Shown here one piece after another: positions 1-7,086 of a stretch of DNA of 12,945 nt. The position numbers were made by a program, and so were the translations under genes. The DNA is from Candidatus Heimdallarchaeota archaeon B3_Heim. GTDB lineage: Archaea; Asgardarchaeota; Heimdallarchaeia; Hodarchaeales; Hodarchaeaceae. The notes under the pieces were generated by a model. That model had not been told where the DNA came from. It did not search any database and worked only from the letters and a program-made list of their open reading frames with translations. Position 1 is the stretch's first letter. Each line of letters starts with the position of its first letter. The stretch is from NCBI GenBank assembly GCA_003144275.1, contig NJBF01000067.1:1-12945 (forward strand), read 5' to 3'.

Positions 1-127
1 CCAGCGAGCTTCGCTCTACCTCGTCAAATATCAGGACACTCCCCTTATCATAATTACGATATACGTTAACTGCCGCTGTAGCTCCACTAGACGCGGGAGT
101 TACAAACTTGTCGTCAATCTGAGCTAA
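1..127. repeat. Terminal direct repeat, left copy (identical to 12819-12945); probable circular-contig/k-mer overlap
   Basis: Bases 1-127 (ccagcgagct...ctgagctaa) match 12819-12945 base for base by eye. 127 is a common maximum de Bruijn k-mer size. Confidence 0.95.
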
Positions 128-384
128 ATTGCCAAGTAAGATTGTGCGGCAGTTTTTCCCTCCTCGGCTAAGCATCCCTTTCATTTGTGCACGAGTCATA
201 TACTGAGCTTCGTCTATTATCAAAACGGCATCGTCGATAGAACGGCCTCGGAAATATGCCATTGAAGTGAACTCGATGTTCGCTCGCTCAATAATATGCT
301 CCACGGTAGCATGGATATTTGCATCATGATCATCATCGGTGTGCATTGAAATCAGCGCATCTGTAATACCTGCTAGTAAAGTCT
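1..384 (-). pseudogene. phoH: 5'-truncated PhoH-family ATPase fragment (continues across the terminal overlap to 12793)
   Basis: Minus-strand translation: LLAGITDALISMH...IEFTSMAYFRGRSIDDAVLIIDEAQYMTRAQMKGMLSRGGKNCRTILLGNLAQID...EVERSSL. This has the PhoH motifs RGRS, Walker B IIDEAQ, GNxxQID and RSxLA. An in-frame stop at 392-394 lies upstream, and no Walker A or N-terminal part is present. Confidence 0.85.
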
Positions 385-498
385 GGCCGATTCACACTTA
401 ACATAAGGAGTAAATCACTTTTAGCTCAAACCACCTCAAAAACCCTAACTAAAGTGCAATTATTAGGATGACATTTCAAAATTCAAATAAAAATATGG

Positions 499-526
499 TT
501 GAATTTACATTTATTCTATGTATTGT
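499..526 (+). promoter_or_regulatory. Candidate sigma70 promoter upstream of the small peptide ORF
   Basis: TTGAAT (499-504), 16-nt spacer, TATTGT (521-526). Pattern match only, in AT-rich DNA. Confidence 0.3.
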
Positions 527-619
527 AGTATAAGTTCAAGGATGAATTGTGTAGTGCCTTGAATAAGTTGCGTTAGGAATCGCTAACGTTTTCTCTAACT
601 TATTTTTGTGGAATCTATC

Positions 620-670
620 ATGAAAAATCGTAAAAAGAACGGCCAGTATACTGGTTCATTGCTTGGCTAA
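620..670 (+). CDS. Small 16-aa basic peptide MKNRKKNGQYTGSLLG; putative precursor/scaffold peptide of the cluster
   Basis: ATG 620 to TAA 670 with a weak SD (GGA at 610-612). Not in the ORF track. Lys/Arg-rich N-terminus, followed by a hairpin and then CgnB/E-like genes. Confidence 0.6.
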   Translation: MKNRKKNGQYTGSLLG

Positions 671-691
671 TTTCAGTTAGTTAGTACAAGC

Positions 692-726
692 TGAGGTCGG
701 CTTTGCCCGGCCTCAATTAGTTTTTT
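692..726 (+). terminator. GC-rich hairpin plus offset T-tract downstream of the small ORF (leaky terminator or mRNA-stabilising stem)
   Basis: TGAGGTCGG (692-700), loop CTTTGC, CCGGCCTCA (707-715): 9-bp stem with one G-U pair, then ATTAG and TTTTTT (721-726). Confidence 0.6.
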
Positions 727-828
727 AATTTTAGGTTGTTACATTGGTATGTAGTTGCAACAGTCTTAGCGTCTACACATCTTTGTACCATCTTAGATTT
801 TTTAGCCTCACAACAATAAAGGGATGTT

Positions 829-1917
829 ATGAAAACGATCATTGTTAACCCTGATGATATTGTTTCATTGGGAGACGATGGGGCAGAGGGTTTTTATTTA
901 GTAACCAACACTCCTTACTTAGAAAACTTTTCTCTAGGTGCGTCAAATAAGTATAAACACACTGAAATATTGTCTTGCGATGCTCAAGACAATTTCATCG
1001 AAAAAGTTCTTGGCAATATTCCAGAATCTAGCTGTGTATTAACCATAATGCCTGATTGCCTTGTAAAATCTGTTCCCTCAGAAGTACTAGGTAAGCGAAA
1101 ACTCCTAATTATGGCTTGCAGATCCGGTAAAACAGGGTTAGACGGAATCGAGCATTTTCTCAACTGCACCGCAAACTTCGATATAGATAGACAAATTGAG
1201 GCTGGCGAATCTTTTTTTGACAAAGGAGAGAAAAGTCAGTATCTCGAACTCGTAAATCATCGGCAAGGTGCAAGTTGTCGCTTTGAACATTTGAATGAAA
1301 TATATGAATGGCATGAGCAATATGGTCGTGTTGAGTGGAATGAACAGCAAGTCTTCCCATCAGGTGAGATTGCTTGCTTTTTAGTTCCTTTGTATATCGA
1401 AAAATTGTCTGAAAACACTAGGTTTGATTTGAATGGTGAAATCATTATGGAAGGTCCAGTCATTGTTCAATCTGGTCCACCATCTTTCCAACTAAAAGAC
1501 CAACTTAACATCCACGATGCACTGACAACTGAAGAAGGAAGTGGTGTAAAGCTCACAATCAAAAGTGGGGAAATTATAAAACATGAACCGGTCAATGAAT
1601 CAGGACAAAAAGCGGCAGATATGTTGTCAAGCTTGTTCGCTGTCGACTCACGCTTTCGGACGATATATGAAGTTGGATTTTCGCTCAATGAATCAATAAA
1701 ACTATGGCCGGGGAACACAGCGATGAATGAAATTTGGGGTGGTTCAGGTGGTCGGCTTCATCTAGGTCTAGGTATGCTTCCTCATACTCAATATCATATA
1801 GATGCCTTTTGCGCAAACACTCAAGTTAAAACAGATTCAGGTGAAGTCATATTTGGGCCTAGAGCTAAAAGCATGAATAGAAGGAAAAGCTCTCATTGTC
1901 CATGTGTAGAATTATAG
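829..1917 (+). CDS. M29/leucyl-aminopeptidase-fold metalloprotein, CgnB/CgnE-like, paralog 1 (362 aa)
   Basis: SD AAAGGGA upstream. Motifs WHEQ..PSGEI, YEVGFSLN, AMNE, LHLGLG and HID correspond to the Glu/Glu/Glu/His/His/Asp metal ligands of the M29 fold. Extra C-terminal tail MNRRKSSHCPCVEL. Confidence 0.75.
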   Translation: MKTIIVNPDDIVSLGDDGAEGFYLVTNTPYLENFSLGASNKYKHTEILSCDAQDNFIEKVLGNIPESSCVLTIMPDCLVKSVPSEVLGKRKLLIMACRSGKTGLDGIEHFLNCTANFDIDRQIEAGESFFDKGEKSQYLELVNHRQGASCRFEHLNEIYEWHEQYGRVEWNEQQVFPSGEIACFLVPLYIEKLSENTRFDLNGEIIMEGPVIVQSGPPSFQLKDQLNIHDALTTEEGSGVKLTIKSGEIIKHEPVNESGQKAADMLSSLFAVDSRFRTIYEVGFSLNESIKLWPGNTAMNEIWGGSGGRLHLGLGMLPHTQYHIDAFCANTQVKTDSGEVIFGPRAKSMNRRKSSHCPCVEL

Positions 1918-2961
1918 GTGCAAGGGATTATGACATTTCAATTAGACGTATCAAAATTAGATAATTTTGGAGAGATCTCGGGAGCAGATTTCATCTTGGT
2001 GACAACTGATGAACTCGCTAGCAAACTAGATTTAGTGGATACAAAAAAAGCTTACTCATCGCTTATTAAAGAATGTGTGACAAACTACAACCAATTTGAA
2101 GAAGCGCTTAGCTCCAAATTTCCAGAAAAAGCTCACATCTTGGTAGTTTTACCGTCAATATATGTAGCTTCCCCTCCCCCTGAAGTTTTAGGTAAGTACC
2201 GCAAACTTGCAACACTTGCGTGTTTTTCTACCCCCACTTCAATTGAGTCGATATTTCATTTTCTTGAGCAGGCAACACGCACAGATTCTGCCATGCAAGA
2301 AAAGATTGCAGATCGCTTTTTCGAAGTAGGTGAATCTGCGAAACACATCAAATTTGTAAACGAAGAATATGGAACTTCAGCAGTATTTAAACATTTAAGT
2401 GATGACCTTACATGGCATGAGCAAATTGGGAAGCTAGATTGGGGAGAGCAACAACTACTGCCTTCTGGAGAGGTAAGTACTCTTCCTGTATCTGTCTTCG
2501 GTGAAGATATAAAATCAAAATTGGACCTGAATGGTGAAATCCTATTGAAAGGGCAACCTGTTTTACATGCTGGCAACGTGTCCTTTTTGAGAAAAGATCA
2601 AGACCGAATTTTTAATGCTCTCAACTCAATAACTGAACATCCCCTAAAACTTGAAGTTAAACAAGGAGAGATCCAACACGTTACTGCAATCAGCTCAAAA
2701 GGAAAGGGTTCAGCTGATATGCTGAACGCATTATTCGATGTTGACTCTCGATTTAGGACTATCATCGAATTAGGCTTTGGAATAAATACAAATCTTGAAT
2801 TGTTTCCCGGAAATCAAGCAATGAACGAGGTGTACGGAGGAAAATCAGGGGTAATTCATTATGGAATAGGCCTTTTGCCCTTTACACAATACCACATTGA
2901 CTTTATTTGTCCTGATACCAGAGTTATGGATAACAATGGAATTCCTCTAGTGGGCGAATAA
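1918..2961 (+). CDS. M29/leucyl-aminopeptidase-fold metalloprotein, CgnB/CgnE-like, paralog 2 (likely true start ATG 1930)
   Basis: Same motif series: WHEQ..PSGEV, IELGFGIN, AMNE, IHYGIG, HID. Aligns block-wise with 829-1917 (DLNGEI, DMLxxLFxVDSRFRTI). SD AAGGGA precedes ATG 1930. Confidence 0.75.
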   Translation: MQGIMTFQLDVSKLDNFGEISGADFILVTTDELASKLDLVDTKKAYSSLIKECVTNYNQFEEALSSKFPEKAHILVVLPSIYVASPPPEVLGKYRKLATLACFSTPTSIESIFHFLEQATRTDSAMQEKIADRFFEVGESAKHIKFVNEEYGTSAVFKHLSDDLTWHEQIGKLDWGEQQLLPSGEVSTLPVSVFGEDIKSKLDLNGEILLKGQPVLHAGNVSFLRKDQDRIFNALNSITEHPLKLEVKQGEIQHVTAISSKGKGSADMLNALFDVDSRFRTIIELGFGINTNLELFPGNQAMNEVYGGKSGVIHYGIGLLPFTQYHIDFICPDTRVMDNNGIPLVGE

Positions 2962-2962
2962 A

Positions 2963-4135
2963 ATGGAATACGAATTAGAGCAAGAGATTAACAATTACAA
3001 ATCATACTTCGATTTAGATGGTTATCATTATCTAAACTGCGCATACATGGGCCCCTTGGCTACTTCGACCAAAAATGAAGGAATTGCCGCAATAGAAAGA
3101 AAAACTAACCCCAAATATGTAACGAAAGAACATTTTTTTTGCCATTCCACCGAAATTAGGCAACGTTTTTCTAAGCTTATTAACGAAGACGAGCCGAGTT
3201 CAATAGCAATAATCCCTTCCGTTTCCTACGGCATGTCGATAGTAGCTAATAATGTTGATATCCGGGAAGGTCAAAAAATCATTGTTGTCGCGGATGAGAT
3301 GCCTTCGAATTATTATATTTGGTATAGGTTAGCCAAAGAGAAACACGCAGAACTCGTTGTTATTGATAAACCATCCGATGCTAATGTTCGTTCAGATGAA
3401 TGGAATCAAACCATACTATCAACTATCTCCGATTCTACTGCGATTGTATCAATTCCAAATGTACATTGGTTAGATGGTTGCCTTTTTGATCTAGCTACTA
3501 TCAGCAAGAAGATACATGAACATGGAGGCCTGTTGATTGTCGACGGAACACAATCAATAGGAGCATATCCATTTGACAATAAGATAATCAGGGCCGATGC
3601 GGTTGTGTGTGCGGGATACAAATGGCTACTCGGTCCCTATGCTATTAGTATAGCTTACTTTTCTGAAAAGTTTTGGAAAGGCAAACCGCTTGAAGAAGGA
3701 TGGTTGAATAGAAAAAATAGCAACGATTTTGAATCTCTAACAAATTATCAGGATCAATATCGGGAGGGGGCGATCAGATTTGATATGGGTCAATCAAGTA
3801 ATTTTCTTAATGGTCCGATGTTAGCAGACTCTCTAAAAAATACTGAAATTTGGACCCCTTCAAAAGTGTCTGAACATTGTGCTTCGCTGAATAGCTTATT
3901 GGTGCAAGAATTATGTGATGTGCCGATTAAAGTATTAGCTGAAGATCAGAGAGGGCCTCATTATGTTGGTTTAGAAATAGACCCAATACTCTTGGAAAAA
4001 ATCGGACCTAAATTTTCAGACAACAACGTTTCTGCGTCAGTAAGAAACGGAAATATAAGAGTTACTCCGCACATATATAATGATATCGAGGATATCAAAG
4101 CTCTCGTTAAAGTTGTAAGAAGTTCTTTAAAATAG
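2963..4135 (+). CDS. Aminotransferase class-V fold PLP-dependent enzyme (lyase/epimerase-like; probably not a cysteine desulfurase)
   Basis: YLNCAYMGP, VDGTQSIG, PLP-lysine motif CAGYKWLLGP (K220, codon 3620-3622) and RVTPHIYN. No Cys in the segment before RVTPH. Starts 1 nt after the previous stop. Confidence 0.85.
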   Translation: MEYELEQEINNYKSYFDLDGYHYLNCAYMGPLATSTKNEGIAAIERKTNPKYVTKEHFFCHSTEIRQRFSKLINEDEPSSIAIIPSVSYGMSIVANNVDIREGQKIIVVADEMPSNYYIWYRLAKEKHAELVVIDKPSDANVRSDEWNQTILSTISDSTAIVSIPNVHWLDGCLFDLATISKKIHEHGGLLIVDGTQSIGAYPFDNKIIRADAVVCAGYKWLLGPYAISIAYFSEKFWKGKPLEEGWLNRKNSNDFESLTNYQDQYREGAIRFDMGQSSNFLNGPMLADSLKNTEIWTPSKVSEHCASLNSLLVQELCDVPIKVLAEDQRGPHYVGLEIDPILLEKIGPKFSDNNVSASVRNGNIRVTPHIYNDIEDIKALVKVVRSSLK

Positions 4136-4212
4136 GTTTGTTAAAATTTTAACCTAGAGGCTTCTGGAATCATTTTAGCACCAATTTTATAGGCAATTCT
4201 TAAAGTAAAACT

Positions 4213-6159
4213 TTGGACAATTTAATCGCGGCAAACATTATGGAAAAAAAAATCTTTGGCTCAGTTATTCCAGCGCCTAACCCAACCGGTGAATTGCATT
4301 TAGGGCACTTCCTCAACCTTTCGATTCAAGATCTTTTTTGTAGATGGCGGAGAACACAAGGTTGTGATATCAAATGGGCACTTGCATTAGATCATGGAGG
4401 TTCATCCACTGAATACGTTGCCACCAAGAACGATAAAAATTACATACAAAACTGCTCAGACAGAAAGTATATCTCAAATAAAATAACATCTTGGGTTGAC
4501 GGTATAACCCCAACAATACTCGAGCAGATAGATAAAATGAACTTGATCATTGATAGCGATGAGTTTAGATCTATGGCTGACAGTAAACGTGAGTATGAGT
4601 TTTTACAGTTCATTTCTCAAATGGCAAAAAGTGGAACAATATACAAAAGTGACCGTGTAATACCGTGGTGTACTGACAGACAATCTTTTGTAGATATTGC
4701 AGATATAGTGAAAAGTGAACATACAATTTACAAATATTCATTAATTTATAAAAGTGATGAAAACGAAAAGATAACTATAGATTCTGAAGACTTAAGTCTA
4801 TTGCTTAATGAAACAATAATTTTGATGTCAGAAGATTTTTATCAACGTTTACATGGTTCGCCTAAGTTTATTACAAACCCGCTCGGAGAAAATATAAAAA
4901 TAATTGTAAGTGATAAATTAATTTCCTTATTTTCTGGTAAAGAAATTGTAAGCATAACTCCGGGCCATTGTATTAATTCTTATTTCATATCTTTATATCT
5001 CAACGAAAAGATAAGTAGGGCTTTTAACGAAGGAGGCTATATTGAAAAAGAAGGTGAATACTTCAAAGTTCATAAGGAAGATGTAGAAAAAAGGCTATTA
5101 GAAGTTCTCCAATCTAGCAATCTTGTGAGTAAAATTCAGAAGTTAAATGTCATGGCAGATACATTTCGACTCAGTGGAAAGCGTGTCGAAAGTTTGCTTT
5201 CTAGGCAATGTTTCTTTGATGTCTCATCTCTAGCAAAAGATGCTTTAGAAAAAATAAGGAAAGGCACTGTCGATATAAAGCCTTCGCTATACAAACAAGC
5301 CTTAGAAAATTACTTAGAGGAACTTAACAAACCAGTCTTTCAATCTTTCAATGAGAGCGTATTTCTTAGAGATATTTGTATTTCTCAACAACTAGTATGT
5401 GGTACGGACTTTTCGTTAAAATCAGAAGAATTACGCTTCAAAGGAGACAAGTATCTTTTGGAAACCCAGATACCAAAAGAGGAAGTATACGTTGCAACAA
5501 TGAGGCTGTCTTGTGCTTTGTGGGCATTTTCGGCACAAATGGTATATGAAAAAGAACAAGCTAAATTAGAAAACTTAGGACAAAATAGTGTGTGTGTTAC
5601 AGGTATGGATCTGACAACGTTTTGGATTGCACCTATTTTGATGATGTCAGATGAAATTGGGTTCGCTCCATTTAAAACAGTTTACATACACCCTTTAATA
5701 ACCGATACAAAAGGTCGAAAAATGAGCAAGAGTTTTGGAAACACTGAAACTCCAGATACATTGATTGACAATTATGACGTTGATTCTGTAAGGCTATCAC
5801 TTTTCCTGTCCATAGATAACTCACTTCATAGGGTTATCGTAGACAAAAGTAAAATCGACTCAGTTCACCGCAACTTAAAAGATTTTAGAGAAAAGATTGT
5901 TTCTAAAACTACAGATAAGGAAAAATTCGAAATAGATTCATTAATAAATTCAAGTACAAAAGTAGTAAATGAATCTTTGCAAGTTAGCGATATACAAAGA
6001 GCTTCATCAGAAATAGAACAACTATTGAAAGCTGTAATAAGTAATCAAAACACCCTTTCAAAAAGACAAGTTTTTGATATTGCTAATGTGATAGAACCAT
6101 TTCTTCCTGAAACATCAGAATTTCTAAACCATAGCCTTGAATCTACATTAAAGGATTAG
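4213..6159 (+). CDS. Divergent, C-terminally shortened class Ia aminoacyl-tRNA synthetase paralog (ValRS-like); alternative start ATG 4240
   Basis: PNPTGELHLGH (HLGH 4297-4308) and GRKMSKSFGN (KMSKS 5719-5733). ValRS-like blocks LDHGG, ITPGH, ICISQQL, LSCALW, VTGMD..FW and PFKTVY. About 140 aa follow KMSKS. Confidence 0.85.
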   Translation: MDNLIAANIMEKKIFGSVIPAPNPTGELHLGHFLNLSIQDLFCRWRRTQGCDIKWALALDHGGSSTEYVATKNDKNYIQNCSDRKYISNKITSWVDGITPTILEQIDKMNLIIDSDEFRSMADSKREYEFLQFISQMAKSGTIYKSDRVIPWCTDRQSFVDIADIVKSEHTIYKYSLIYKSDENEKITIDSEDLSLLLNETIILMSEDFYQRLHGSPKFITNPLGENIKIIVSDKLISLFSGKEIVSITPGHCINSYFISLYLNEKISRAFNEGGYIEKEGEYFKVHKEDVEKRLLEVLQSSNLVSKIQKLNVMADTFRLSGKRVESLLSRQCFFDVSSLAKDALEKIRKGTVDIKPSLYKQALENYLEELNKPVFQSFNESVFLRDICISQQLVCGTDFSLKSEELRFKGDKYLLETQIPKEEVYVATMRLSCALWAFSAQMVYEKEQAKLENLGQNSVCVTGMDLTTFWIAPILMMSDEIGFAPFKTVYIHPLITDTKGRKMSKSFGNTETPDTLIDNYDVDSVRLSLFLSIDNSLHRVIVDKSKIDSVHRNLKDFREKIVSKTTDKEKFEIDSLINSSTKVVNESLQVSDIQRASSEIEQLLKAVISNQNTLSKRQVFDIANVIEPFLPETSEFLNHSLESTLKD

Positions 6160-6162
6160 TAC

Positions 6163-7083
6163 ATGAAATGTTTTATTTCGGGCTTAAAATATGAAATCGG
6201 CGATATTTTTGATATAGATGAGCTTTTAGTGAGTCCTGAAGTTACTGAATCAGATATCAAAAGGTTTAGAAACCTTGGGTTAAAAAATTATTCAAAATAT
6301 GAAGGATCTCTAGCAAGCCTATATGTGAAGTCTATTTCAAGTTCAATTGAATCTAGCGGTTTCATACCAGAGTCAATTGACGCGGTTATTCCTAGTGTAA
6401 TGACAGACTCTACGCCTGAAGATGATATGGAAATGTGGAAGGCTCTACATCAGTCAGGTCTAAACTCTCCGGCGGTTTTTGGGCTAGGCTGTCAAGAGTC
6501 AGCAACATTTGGAGGGGCAATTGATTTAGCAAAGAATCTTGTCAAGTCAGGTTCTTATAAAAGAGTACTAATATTAGTTGGTGCCATACGTAATAGCATA
6601 AAAGATAGAGTTACTCTTGGAGGTGAGACTATAGTAAGTGACGGAGCAGCGAGCTGCATTGTTTCGGATCATCCTGCTCAGTTCGAAATACTATCAACAA
6701 AAGTCATATCGAACCCCAAAAAAGCAGCTTCTTACAAGAGCGACCTTAGTCATGGTTTCATGATTGATGAATCTATAAGAATGATATCGGAAATCTCGAA
6801 ACTCCTTTTAGGCGAAGCAAATTTAAAATCATGTGCTATAGATAAACTTTTTTGTACAAACGCCAATGACCCCATATATACAATGTTCTCGCACTTTTCA
6901 AATATTGACGATCATAAAGTTATTAAAGAAGGGCTTAGAAAATACGGTCATGTAAATTTATGCGATAACGCTGTAGATATCTCATCTAAAATGCAATCAG
7001 GCGGCATTTCAATGGGAGAGAACTTAATGCTGCTTAATTGGGCAAGAAACCTTTTTTCAGGTGTTTGTCTGAGATACCTATGA
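6163..7083 (+). CDS. 3-oxoacyl-ACP synthase III (FabH/thiolase-fold)-like protein with a non-canonical active site; probable carrier-protein-dependent acyltransferase
   Basis: FabH-like blocks IDAVI, FGLGCQESATFGGAIDLAKNLV, RVLILVG, SDGAASCIVS, LFCTNAN and YGHVNLCD. Ser113 sits at the usual Cys position, with TNAN for HQAN and GH for GN. Confidence 0.8.
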   Translation: MKCFISGLKYEIGDIFDIDELLVSPEVTESDIKRFRNLGLKNYSKYEGSLASLYVKSISSSIESSGFIPESIDAVIPSVMTDSTPEDDMEMWKALHQSGLNSPAVFGLGCQESATFGGAIDLAKNLVKSGSYKRVLILVGAIRNSIKDRVTLGGETIVSDGAASCIVSDHPAQFEILSTKVISNPKKAASYKSDLSHGFMIDESIRMISEISKLLLGEANLKSCAIDKLFCTNANDPIYTMFSHFSNIDDHKVIKEGLRKYGHVNLCDNAVDISSKMQSGGISMGENLMLLNWARNLFSGVCLRYL

Positions 7084-7086
7084 CTA

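Noticed and set aside
1-127. 127-bp terminal repeat read as a biological att site or LTR
   Set aside because: It lies in the middle of a phoH coding fragment, no recombinase is present, and its length equals a standard assembler k-mer. It is treated as an assembly overlap.
620-726. Classical amino-acid attenuator leader (suggested by the aaRS-like gene downstream)
   Set aside because: The peptide has no run of Val or other regulatory codons, no clear antiterminator is visible, and no T-box motif was seen. It is not fully excluded.
829-2961. Calling the cluster a crocagin cluster
   Set aside because: There is no CgnC-like dioxygenase, methyltransferase or carbamoyltransferase, and the candidate peptide lacks the Ile-Tyr-Trp core.
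984-3621. Short antisense ORFs at 984-1223, 1138-1350, 1160-1360, 1257-1463, 1467-1718, 2256-2576 and 3406-3621
   Set aside because: They lie wholly opposite well-supported genes and show no recognisable motifs; they are shadow ORFs.
4140-4153. Perfect 14-bp palindrome GTTAAAATTTTAAC between the PLP gene and the ValRS-like gene
   Set aside because: It is almost all A/T in AT-rich DNA and has no loop or T-tract, so it is likely a chance match.
4213-6159. Housekeeping valS, or a simple self-resistance copy
   Set aside because: The loss of editing motifs, pocket Trp residues and most of the tRNA-binding C-terminus makes normal tRNA charging doubtful, so no valS symbol was assigned. It still needs an experimental test.
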